DNA from: Squalus acanthias
Lineage: Eukaryota
Length of the DNA stretch: 64,000 bases
Direction of reading: 5' to 3'
NCBI GenBank assembly: GCA_030390025.1
Contig: CM059432.1
Span: 53,198,001 to 53,262,000 of the forward strand
The position numbers and the translations under genes are program-made. The notes under the pieces are model-generated. The model was not told the origin of the DNA. It was given only the letters and a program-made list of their open reading frames with translations, and searched no databases. The stretch's first letter is position 1. Each line of letters starts with the position of its first letter. Below, in pieces: positions 1 to 11,800 of this stretch.

Positions 1-955
1 GCCCCGGGGGCTAATGCATTAGTGATTAAGGTGAAAGGAGGGAATAATGGTAAAAAGTTAAAATTGAAGTCTCTTTATCTGAATGCATGTAGCATTCATA
101 ACAAGATAGATCAATTAGATGCACAAATAGAAATAAATGGGTTTGATCTAATAGCCATTACAGAGACGTGGTTGCAAAGTGACCAAGGTTGGGAATTAAA
201 TATACTGGGGTACTTGACGTTTCAAAAAGACAGGCAGAATGGAAAAGGAGGGGTTAGTCCTGATAATAAAGGATGACATAAGGACAATAGTGAGAAAGGA
301 TATTGGCTCAGAAGATCAGCAAGTAGAATCAGCATGGGTGGAGATAAGAAATAACAAGGGGCAGAAAACATTGGTGGGAGTAGTTTATAGGCCCCAAACA
401 GTAGCTATACCATTAGACAGAGTATTAATCAACCAATAATAGGAGCTTGTAACAAAATAATACAATAATCATGAGGGACTTAATGCATTCAAGACAGTTT
501 CCTAGAACAATACGTCATGGAACCAACCAGGGAATATGTTATTTTAGATCTTGTATTGTGTAATGAGACAGGGTTAATTAGTAATCTCATAGCAAAGGAT
601 CCTCTGGGGAAGAGTGATCATAATATGATAGAATTTCACATTGAGTTTGAGAGTGAAATACTTAATTATGAAATGAATGTCTTAAACTTAAAAAAAAGCC
701 AATTCCATAGGTATGAGGGGTGAGTTGGCTAAGGTAGATTGGGAATTAGATTAAAAGGTATGATGGTAGATAAACAATGGGAAAAATTTAAAGAAACATT
801 CCAAAATTCACAACGAATTTACATTCCATTGAGAAATAAAAACTCCACAGGAAAGTGATCCATCTGTGGCTAACTAAATAAGTTAATGATAGTATTATAT
901 TAAAAGAAGAGGCTTATAATGTTGTGAAGAATAGTAGTAAGCCTAAGGATTGGCA
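1..955 (+). mobile_element. CR1 LINE fragment (degraded ORF2 endonuclease region)
   Basis: Frameshifted APE motifs (YLNA.SI.NK, IAITETWL, GVVYRP, SDHNMIEF). Same subfamily as about 14050-15030 on the minus strand. Confidence 0.9.
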
Positions 956-959
956 CCCA

Positions 960-2617
960 AAGGCACCCAATTTTGCCCCCTTATTTTCCAATGAGTATGT
1001 GGCTTCCTTACTCCACTTATCAATATTGAAATTCATTTTCCATTTATACGCCCATTCTGCAAGGTTATTAACATCTTCTTGCATTTTGTTGTAATCTTCT
1101 TCAGTATTAACTATAGCTCCCAATTTGGTGTCCACCACAAATTTTGAAATTGTATTTCTGACTCCCGAGTGCACTCCCAAATTGCTTACATAAATAGTGT
1201 ACAAAAATGGTCCCAGCACTGATCCCTGTGGAACACAACTTTCCACCTTCCACCAGTCTGTGTAAATACCTTTAACCCCTATTCTCTGTTTTCTGTTTTG
1301 TAGCCAGATTGCTAGCCATTCTGCTACTTGTCCCCTTACTCCACATGGTCAGACCTTAGTCATGAGTCTATTATGCGATACCTTATTAAAGGCCTTTTGA
1401 AAATCCAAGTATATTACATCTCCTACATTACCCTTATCTACTCTTTCTGTTACTACCTCAAAGAAATAAATAAGGTTGGTCAAGCATGACCTTCTCTTTT
1501 GGAATCTGTGCTGACTGCTCTTTATTTTATTATTAGTTTCTCTATTATATCTTTGAGTAAAGATTTCTTTATCTTTCCTACCATTGATGTTAAACTAATT
1601 GGTTTATAGTTCCCTGGACTTGTTCGATCTTCCTTTTTAACTATATGAATAGCATTTGCTGTCCGCCAGTCCTCTGGCACTATTCCCTTTTATAATTAAT
1701 TTTTATACATATATATAATAGTGCCTCTGGGATATCTTTGCTTGCTTCTTTTAATGCGCAGATGCAATCCATCTGGACCAAGGGTCTTATCCTCTCTATG
1801 TTTGATTAGATTATCAATTATCTCCCCCATTTCTATCTTAAATATCTTGATATTTTCTTTGATTTCTTCTTCTAATGCCATGCCAACCCTATTAATCGCC
1901 GTGGTAAATATTGAGGCAAAGTAATTATTCAATATTTCTGCCATTTTGCTGTCATTACCTGTGAGTTTCTCATGTGTATCCCTTAGTGGCCCTATCCCTA
2001 TCCTGATTTTCCTTTTGTTATTTATGTGTCTGTAGAATACTTTATTATTTATTTTTATACACTTTGATAATTTAATTTTGTAGTTCCTCTTTACCTTCCT
2101 AATTGTTTTTTGACTTCTTTCCTAACCTCTTTACATTCCCTTTTGTCATCTTCTCCTATAGTCAATTTTACCCATATCTCTTTAAACATCCACAGTGTTT
2201 CATTATTGCTTGTCCCTGTTTTGTAGTGGGATATATTTTTCCTGAACTCTATTGATCACCTTCTTAAATATTCCCCATTGCTGTTCCAGCTCTGTCAATA
2301 TTTTTTCCCAGTTCATGTTCCCTAGTTCCATTCTCATCCTTTCAAAATTTGCTTTTTACCAATCTATTACTTTGGTCTTTGTCTTAATTATGTATTTCTC
2401 AATCTTTATCTTAAACCTCATTATGTTGTGATCACTATTGCACTTCTCTTATCTGCTCTGGTTCATTTCCCATTACTAGATTCAGCAGTGCTGTTGGGCT
2501 TCCTACGTACTGGGTAAGAAAGGAATCCTGAACACACTGTCCATTCCCTTTTCTCCTTTCCCTATCTCTTCTTGCCAGTTTATTTTGGGGTAGTTAAAAT
2601 CTTCCATGATTATTATT
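960..2617 (-). mobile_element. Old AT-rich CR1 LINE, RT/linker part (continues at 8386-9000)
   Basis: Degenerate [21 protein letters not shown] and IIM.DFNYP motifs. The reading continues into 8386-9000 once the nested insert is removed. Confidence 0.85.
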
Positions 2618-2770
2618 AGAAACATAGAAACATAGAAAATAGGTGCAGGAGTAGACCATTCGGTCCTTCGAGCCTGCACCGCCATTCAATGCGTTCATGG
2701 CTGAACATGCTACCTCAGTACCCCATTCCTGCTTTCTCGCCATACCCCTTGATCCCCCTAGTTGTGAGTA

Positions 2771-4082
2771 TAAGAACATAAGAACATAAGAAATAGGAGC
2801 AGGAGTAGGCCAATCGGCCCCTCGAGCCTGCTCCGCCATTCAATAAGATCATGGCTGATCTGATCCTAACCGCCAATCTACTATCTATCACAGAACCATC
2901 TCCTGCATCTAACAGAATTGCACACACGAAATAGGAGCAGAATCAGGCTACACAGTCCCTGGGCCCGCTCCACTACCCACAGGGCCATGACCGATCCGAA
3001 CCTAGACTCATGTCCAAATTCCTGCCCGCTCCCCGTAACCCTTAATGCCCTTTACTTCTAGGAAACTGTCTATTTCTGTTTTAAATTTAATTAATGTTGT
3101 AGCTTCTACAGCTTTTTGTGGCAGCATATTCCATGGACCTACCACCCTCTGAGTGAAGTAGTTCCTCCTCATCTCAGTTTTGAAAGAGCAGCCCCTTATT
3201 CTAAGACTATGTCCCCTAGTTCTCGTCTCACCCGTCATCGGGAACATCCTCCCCGCATCCACCCGATCCAACCCCTTCACAATCTTATATGTTTCAATAA
3301 GATCGCCTCTCATTCTTCTGAACTCCAATGAGTAGAGTCCCAATCTACCCAACCTCTCCTCATATGACCACCCCCTCATCCCCGGGATTAACCGAGTGAA
3401 CCTTTTTTGCACTGCCTCGAGAGCAAGGATGTCTTTCCTTAAGTAAGGACACCAAAACTGTATGCAGTATTCCAGGTGCGGTCTCACCAATACCTTGTAC
3501 AACTGAAGCAATACCTCCCTATTTTTATATTCTATCCCCCTAGCAATGAAAGCCAACATTCCATTTGCCTTCTTAATCACTTGCTGCACCTGCATACTAA
3601 CCTTTTGAGTTTCGTGCACCAGGACCCCCAGATCCCTTTGCACTTCAGTACTCTCCAGTTTCTTGCCATTAAGATAATAAATTGCTCTAGGATTTTTCCT
3701 GCCAAAGTGCATCACCTCACACTTTCCAGTGTTGTATTCCATCTGCCAAATCTCTGCCCACTTACTTAGCCTGTCTATGTCCCCTTGCAGGTTTTTTATG
3801 TCCTCCTCACTCACTACTTTCCCTCCCATCTTTGTATCATCTGCAAATTTTGATATGTTACACTTGGTCCCTTCCTCCAAATCGTTAATATAGATTGTGA
3901 AGAGTTGGGGACCCAGCACTGACCCCTGTGGAACACCACTAGTTACTGATTGCCAGTCTGAGAATGAACCATTTATCCCAACTCTTTGCTTTCTGTTAGA
4001 TAGCCAATCCTCTATCCATGCCAGAATATTACCCCCAATCCCGTGATTTTTTACCTTAAGCAATAATCTTTTGTGTGGCACC
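2771..4082 (-). mobile_element. 5'-truncated young CR1 LINE (subfamily B, duplicated 3'UTR)
   Basis: Tail aagaacataagaacataag at 2771. Open RT C-terminal ORF 3008-4081 ([23 protein letters not shown]). Confidence 0.95.
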
Positions 4083-6810
4083 CCTTTTGAATATATTTAG
4101 CGAACTGGCCTCAACAACCTTCTGTGGTAGAGAATTCCACAGATTCACCACTCTCTGGGTGAAGAAGTTCCTCCTCATCTCAGTCTTAAATGGCTTCCCC
4201 TTTATCCTTAGACTGTGACCCCTGGTTTTAGTTTTCCCTAACATTGGAAACATTCTGCCCGCATCTAATTTGTCTAAACCAGTCAGGATTTTAAACGTCT
4301 CTATAAGATCCCCCCTCATTCTTCTGAATTCCAGAGGATACAAGTTCAGTTGATCCAGTCTTTCTTGATATGTCAGTCTGGCCATCCCAGGAATCAATCT
4401 AGTGAACCTTCGTTGCACTCCCTCAATAGCAATAATGTCCTTCCTCAAGTTAGGAGACCAAAACTGCACACAATACTCCAGGTGTGGCCTCACCAAGGCC
4501 CTGTACAACTGTAGCATCACCTCCCTACTCCTGTACTCAAATCCCCTTGCTATGAAGGCCATCATGCCATTTGCTTTCTTGACTGCCTGCTGCACTTGCC
4601 TTCCCACCTTCAGTGTCTGATGTACCATGATGCCCAGGTCTCGTTGCACCTCCCCTTTCCCTAATCTGCCACCATTCAGGTAATAGTCTGCCTCCCTATT
4701 TTTACCACCAAAGTGGATAACCTCACATTTATCCACATTGTACTTCATCTGCCATACATTTGCCCATTCACCCAACCTGTCCAAGTCACTCTGTAGCCTC
4801 CTAGCATCCTCCTCATTGTTCACACTGCCTCCCAATTTAGTGTCATCCGCAAATTTGGAGATATTACAATTAATCCCTTCGTCCAAATCATTAATATATA
4901 ATGTAAACAGCTGGGGCCCCAGCACCGAACCCTGCGGTACCCCGCTGGTCACTGCCTGCCATTCTGAAAAGTACCCATTTACTCCTACTCTTTGTTTCCT
5001 GTGTGCCAACCAGTTCTTAATCCACATCAACACATTACCCCCAATCCCATGTGCTTTAACTTTGCACACCAATCTCTTGTGTGGGACCTTGTCGAAGGCC
5101 TTCTGAAAGTCCAAATACACCACATCTACTGGTTCCCCCCCCCCGTCCACCCTATTGGAAACATCCTCAAAAAATTCCAGAAGATTTGTCAAGCATGATT
5201 TCCCTTTCACAAATCCATGCTGACTTGGACCTATCATGTCGCCATTTTCCAAATGGTCTGTTATGACATCTTTAATAATTGATTCCATCATTTTACCCAC
5301 CACCGATGTCAGGCTGACCGGTCTATAATGCCCTGCTTTCTCCCTCCCTCCTTTTTTAAAAAGCGGGGTTACATTAGCCACCCTCCACTCCTTCGGAACT
5401 GATCCAGAGTCTAAGGAATGTTGGAAAATGATCGTCAATGCATCCACTATTTCCAAGGCCACCTCCTTAAGTACTCTGGGATGCAGACCATCAGGCCCTG
5501 GGGATTTATCAGCCTTCAGTCCCATCAATTTCCCCAACACCTTTTCCCGACTGATAAGGATTTCCCTCAGCTCCTCCCTCTTACCAGATCCTTTGATCTC
5601 TTTTATTTCCGGAAGGTTGTTTGTGTCCTCCACAGTAAACACCGAACCAAAGTACTTGTTCAATTGATCTGCCATTTCTTTGTTCCCCATTATGACTTCC
5701 CCTGTTTCTGACTGCAGGGGACCTACATTTGTTTTTACTAACCTCTTTCTTTTTACATATTTACAGAAGCTTTTGCAGTCCGTTTTAATGTTCTCCGCAA
5801 GCTTCCTTTCATATTTTATTTTCCCTGCCCTAATGAAACCCTTCGTCCTCCTCTGCTGAGTTTTAAAGTTCTCCCAGTCCCCGGGTTTGCTGCTACTTCT
5901 GGCCAATTTGTATGCCACTTCCTTGCTTTTAATACTATCCCTGATTTCCCTTGTTAGCCATGGTTGAGCCACTTTCCCTTTTTTATTTTTACGCCAGACA
6001 GGGATGTACAATTGCTGTAGTTCATCCATGCGATCTCTAAATGTCTGCCATTGCCCTTCCACTGATAACCCCTTAAATATCGCTTGCCAATCTAACCTCG
6101 CCAATTCACGCCTCATACCCTCAAAGTTGCCCTTATTTAAGTTCTGGACCATGGTCTCTGAATTAACTGTTTCCTTCTCCATCCTAATGTAGAACTCCAC
6201 CATACTATGGTCACTCTTCCCCAAGGGGCCTCGCACCACAAGATTGCTGATTAGTCCTTCCTCATTACACAACACCCAGTCCAGGATGGCCTCCCCTCTA
6301 GTTGGTTCCTCAACATATTGGTTTAGGAAACCATCCCTTAAACACTCCAGGAAATCCTCCTCCACCGTATTGCTTCCAGTTTGAGTAGCCCAATCTATAT
6401 GCATATTAAAGTCACCCATGATAACTGCTGCGCCTTTTTTGCATGCACCTCTGATTTCCTGTTTCATACCCTCCCCCACCTCACTACTACTGTTTGGAGG
6501 TCTGTACACAACCCCCACTAACTTTTTCTGCCCTTTGGTGTTCTGCAGCTCAACCCATATTGATTCCACATCCTCCAAGCTAATGTCCTTCCTAGCTATT
6601 GCATTAATCTCCTTTTTAATCAGCAATGCTACCCCACCCCCTTTTCCTTTTATTCTATCCTTCCTGAATGTTGAATACCCCTGGATATTCAGTTCCCAGC
6701 CTTGATTGTTCTGGAGCCACGTCTCTGTAATCCCAATCACATCATATCCGTTAACATCAATTTGCACAGTCAATTCATCCACCTTATTACGGATACTCCT
6801 TGCATTAAGA
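4083..6810 (-). pseudogene. CR1 ORF2 (APE endonuclease + reverse transcriptase), about 900 codons open
   Basis: ORF 4056-6782 has GITETWL, GDFN, SDH, GPDG, QHGF, YLDFQKAFD, QGSVLGP and FADD. Apparent frameshift near 6810. The last ~20 codons are displaced by the nested insertion. Confidence 0.93.
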
Positions 6811-6995
6811 CACAGTTAGGCTTGCTTTATTAATACCCTTTGTCCTTTTAGACTTATGATTTAGTATGGCCCTTTGTGTTTCTTGCCTTTGTTTACTCGG
6901 ATTTCCCTTATTGTTTCTCACGCTTCTAACATTTGTTTCTGACTGCATATTACTTCCCCCTGTTTCGCTACATAGGTTCCCATTCCCCTGCCATA

Positions 6996-7938
6996 TTAGT
7001 TTAAATCCTCCCAAACTGCCTTAGCAAATATTACCCCGAGGACATCGGTTCCAGTCCTGCCCAAGTGCAGACCGTCCCTTTTGTACAGGTTCCACTTCCC
7101 CCAGAACTGGTTCCAAAGCCTCAGGTATTTGAATCCCTCCCTCCTGCACCACTGCTCAAGCCACGTATTTAATCTCGCTATCCTGTTAATGCTACTCTGA
7201 TTAGCACGTGGCACTGGTAGCCACCCAGAGATTACTACCTTTGAGGTCCTACTTTTCAATTTAGCTCCTAGCTCCCTAAATTCTGCTTGTAGGACCTCTT
7301 CCCGCTTTTTACCTATATTGTTGGTACCTACATGCACCACGACAGCTGGCTCTTCACCCTCCCTTTCCAGATTGTTCTGCAGCCGCTCCGAGACATCCTT
7401 GACCCTTGCACCAGGGAGGCAACATACCATCCTGGAATCTCGGTTGCGGCCACAGAAACTCCTGTCTATTCCCCTTACAATTGAGTCCCCTATCACTATA
7501 GCTCTACCACTCTTTTTCCCGCCCTGCTGTGCAGCAGAGCCAGCCATGGTGCCATGAACCTGGCTGCTGGTGCCTTCCCCTGGTAGGTCATTTCCCCCAA
7601 CAGTATCCAAAACGGTATATCTGTTTTGGAGGGAGACGACTGCAGGGGACTCCTGCACTACCTTCCTGATATTGCCCTGCCTCTTGGTCACCCATTTACT
7701 GTCTGACCTAGCCTTTACCCGCGGTGTGTTCACTCACTAATGAGTAATCCACAAAGTTCTCGGCATCATGGATGCTCCAGAGTGAGTCCATCCACAGCTC
7801 CAGTGCTGCCATGTGGTCCATCAGGAGCTGCAGCTGGACGCACTTCCTGCACACATAGTTGTCAGGGACACTGGAAGTGTCCCTGATTTCCCACATAGCA
7901 CAGGAGGTGCACGACACGGTTCCGAGATTTCCTGCCAT
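6996..7938 (-). pseudogene. CR1 ORF1 (N-terminal CxxC..CxxC zinc finger + SGNH esterase domain), frameshifted near 7735
   Basis: MAGNLGTVSCTSC...CRKC in one frame. SGNH blocks VIGDSIVR, PGA, VHVGTNN and DGLH in ORF 6996-7733. Confidence 0.9.
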
Positions 7939-8385
7939 GACTTAACCCTTATATTACTTTATTAAGTTAAGTCCCTGAAAACAAAATATAAATCGAACCT
8001 ACCTTTTAAATTCCCTCTACCCTTTAAAGGTTAGAGGAGGTGGGAGGGTGGGAGACACTACTAGTGTAGTGTCTCGGGTTTAGCAACAGCTCCACCTATA
8101 TACGGGTACCAATGAATTGGCCCCGCCCTCTGACTTTGACCCCTGCTGATTGATTAGAAAACTGGTTTCCACTGCCTGCTGTGCCAATTTACTGCTACTG
8201 CAGTGTAACCTTGTTTTACTCTTCTTAAACCAACAGAATCCCAAATAGTTAACTTTTCCCCTTCACTTAAACTGCTTAAGTACTCTTATCAAGAATGATT
8301 TAAAGAGAACTAACAATTAAAGAACTACTCCCACTTACCCAAACTCACAGCACTCTCTGCTGACTTGCACTTGCAGACTATTCTA

Positions 8386-9000
8386 TGTCTTTTATTCATT
8401 TCATAGACTTGAATACATATTTCTTCCTCCATTTCCCTTCCACTATTAGGTGGTCTGTAGAATACCCCTATTAATGTGATCGACCCCTTCTTATCCTTAT
8501 CTCAATCCATATGGATTCCATTTCTATCTTAATGTTACTTATGTCCCTTTTTTCTGCTGCTGTTGTGTTGTCTCTAATTAATACAACTCCCCCAACCCCC
8601 TTCTTCCTTCTCTAACCTTTCTAAATACATTATATCCTGCAATAGTTAACTGGCAGTCATGTTCTTTATGTAGCCATGTTTCAGTTATCCCTACTACATC
8701 TGGCTCCTCACCACAAATTATTGTCTCCAGTTCCCCAGTTAAGTTTCAGATGCTGTGCATATTGCTGTACAGGCAATTTAATTTGTTCTTAATAATTGTT
8801 CCCCTCACTTTATTTTTAACAGTTATTTTATACGTATGTTCCATAACTGTATTTGTTCCCTGACCATTTATGTTAACCTTATTCCTTACCTTGGTCTGAC
8901 CTTTACTCTCATCTCCTCTTACTTTTATCTTCAGGCTTATTTTATTTTCACCCGATCCCTCCCCCCATCTTACTAGTTTAAAGTCTTATCCACGGCCCTG
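8386..9000 (-). mobile_element. Old AT-rich CR1 LINE, endonuclease part (5' portion of 960-2617)
   Basis: Minus strand reads VVGITETWL, GYNVFRK, LIGVFYRPPNSG and joins to IIMEDFNYP at 2617. Confidence 0.85.
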
Positions 9001-9653
9001 TTTATTATCCACAGCGCTATTTCATTGCATTTAATTGCATTGCTCTTCAGCAACCAGCAGCCATAACATAAGTTTTCTGCAACCAGTGGCCACATCAAGG
9101 TAAACCTGCTGGAATTTATTTAGGTTGGTGGTGTGGAAGACCCATTTTTCATGGGTTCTCATGGCTGCCAGTGATCTTATTGGGATTATTAAATATGCGC
9201 TGCAGCAGCAAGAGCGTGCCTCAGTGGTGGTATAATGACGTGTGTCATAATGTGGTCACACGCATATATTTCCCATTAGAGACAATGTCATGCTGCCACT
9301 AGTCCATCCATGCGTGTTAGCCAAAATGTCACAGCCAGTCCTGCACATGTGTGGAAAGCTAGTCCTCCACATTGCTACCAGTTTATAGGAAAACCGGCTG
9401 CACATTACAAGATGAACGTGGGAGACTGGCTCAGTTAGTGCACTCCCCTGTGACGAAGGTTGCAATGTAAAAAAGCAACGAAAGAAAGGGGAGAGAGAAG
9501 AAGCTCAGGATCTGAGAAATCAGAGAAAAAGAAAGAGTGAAGAGTGAAAAAAGGTTGGATCTGGATTTGTACCTCAGGTGCAGGGCTTTTAAAATTTACT
9601 ATACACATTATCAAAGTATCACTACAATTGACAAGATAACCCATGCGTGATAA

Positions 9654-9860
9654 GGACAGATTTTCCTCTTCAGCACCCAGGCAAAAGAGCTTGGTCATGT
9701 GGAAGTGCTTATCATAAATTTGGGCAAAAGTTGCTCATGATTTTATATTCATTCATTTTGATAGATGGAAAATCATGAGCAGCTTGTGCTCGAATTAACG
9801 ATAAGCGCTTCTGTCCCGTTAACCTCTTACGCCCGGATGATGAAGAAAGAATTCTGCTTC
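9654..9860. mobile_element. Old fold-back MITE (imperfect ~90-bp inverted arms)
   Basis: ggacagattttcctcttcagcacccaggcaaaagag...gaagtgcttatc...ctcatgatttt is mirrored by aaaatcatgag...gataagcgcttc...ctcttacgcccggatgatgaagaaagaattctgc. Confidence 0.6.
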
Positions 9861-11159
9861 CTGATGTCATGACTGGGCTTTAGCAGGTTTTACGAATACA
9901 AATATTTTACGTCATTTGACCTAATTTATTCACATTTACCGTAATATTTTTTCAACTACAAATATAGTATTCTTTTTGTAAAGTAAGAAAATCAGTTGAA
10001 GCTGCTTTATGATGTTACTGTGCCATCTTATACCTTTGAATATCAGCCTAAAAATTACTGTTGCTGATATTAGCAGATAAATGCTTGACACACTCATAAA
10101 ACATTCTTCACCTTGCTATTTTAAAATAATTTAAAATAATTGGGTTATGCTTGCAAAGTAATGCACAATGGGATGTTAAAGGTTGTCCACCAATATTGCC
10201 AAATTATTTTCTGAGCAATGTCTTCATGTGTTGCAGTTGGTAGATTTCTGATTATCAAACAGTCTGCAAGCAACATTTCTATTGTTAACTGCAGCTTCTA
10301 TACGCAACTGGAAGAAAATTTAAAAAAATCAAGGAAAATATGAAGGTAAAATAAAGACGCGTGAAAGAGAACGGATTGCAAGAGCTGATTGTGTGCGTGA
10401 ACTAAAGGACTTAAAGGGCTGATTGATTTTTTTTCTATTAAAAGGTTGCAACACTGAGTCCATCTGTGAACCATGTTTCCTCCACAGCTGGACTCTACTG
10501 TGGCCCTATTCACATTCTATTTTCAACACCGGGAGCTGCAGGGCCACAAGGGATCTGTGAATTTTACACAGTTGAGAGTAATATAAAGGAAAATTAATTA
10601 TTTTGAACTCCATTATAGTTTATCAGCTTGCAGAATTACCAGGTGCTCATTGTAATACAGGGGTGAGGGCTGCCTGCAGTGGGTGTTGGTTGACTCTCGT
10701 GGTGTTTGCTCAGCTTGTCCTCTCTCCATTGCTCTTTCTCATCCTTCTCTTCTTCCTCTATATAGCACAAATAGAGGGGAATTGTTTCGAACTTTAGTAT
10801 ATAAGAGGTGTTCAGGCAGATCAGGATTTAACAAGAGTCTTAATAAGATACTGTTATTTGCTGACTGTGCTTTAGTGTAATTTCTGGAAGTAATTTTGTT
10901 TTGCTTCTTCATTTAAACCTTTGATAGGATCAGCATTGCCCCTTGTGCTCGGGGGGTTTCTTTTTTTGAAACTTGAGGCCCTCACCATAGGCTTTTCCTT
11001 AGGCTTTCCCTTCTACTTGTATTATGAATAGGAAGAAGAGGAGGTTTAGAAAGATCAGTGGAGGGTGGACAAACTGATTAGCACAGGAGACATCTGACAC
11101 CCCCACACCTATATATTGCATAGTAAGTTGTTAGTTTCTAACCCTGAACAATGATCAAT

Positions 11160-11760
11160 GTATAAGGAGGTTTGCTTGCTTCACAAGCCTGTACAGGAGT
11201 TGTGCCATATGGCTTGCCCCAGACCTGGACTCCACCTCCACCAGAGGCTTACCAGTGTCAGTGAAAGTAAAAGCTACCCTCAACTTCTATGCCACTTCAA
11301 CCTTTCAGGCTGCGTCAGGGAGCATATCTAACATCAGCCAATTCGCTGTCCACCACTGCATTAAATAAGTGACTGATATATTGCTTGCTCAACCCAGCAA
11401 ATTCATAACATCCCCTATAGACATTGCTTATCAGTCAAATTTTATAGAGTGGCAGGATTTCCCCAGTCATCAACTGCACAGACGTTGCCATACGTGCACC
11501 TCTCCAGAATGTTATCAACTTTCTCAACAGGAAAGGTTTTCACTCAATGACTGTTCAGCTGATTTATGATCATAGCCAACTTACAATGTACTGAATGCTT
11601 GTTATTCAGGCAGCTGACAAATTATTTTATTTTAAGGCAGTCTACCATAGCACCACTGTTGGCAACTGAAAGGCTGATGTCGGATAGTTGCTCTGGAGAG
11701 CAGTGGCTGATGACCCCAGCTACATTCAATCACCTATTCAGGCATCTGAGGAGCTAGTGG
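11160..11760 (+). pseudogene. Degraded Harbinger DDE transposase remnant
   Basis: Fragments LPVSVKVKATLNFYAT..FQ, ISQFAVHHCI, NRKGFHSMTVQL..DH and WLMTP match the ORF at 39350. Confidence 0.75.
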
Positions 11761-11800
11761 GAAGTTACACATATGGTACTGTCCTGAGAGACAGCATTAT

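Larger units (their letters stand above)
2618..8385 (-). mobile_element. Near full-length CR1 LINE (5'UTR, ORF1, ORF2, 3'UTR with (TTCTATGT)n tail), interrupted by a second CR1 at 2771-4082
   Basis: Tail agaaacatagaaacatag at 2618. ORF2 C-terminus ILTTRGIKGYGEKAGMGY at 2715-2770. ORF2 body 4083-6810, ORF1 6996-7938, 5'UTR to about 8385. Confidence 0.95.

Noticed and set aside
8010..8100. HDV-like ribozyme in the CR1 5'UTR
   Set aside because: Hairpins are present, but I could not build the nested double-pseudoknot pairing.
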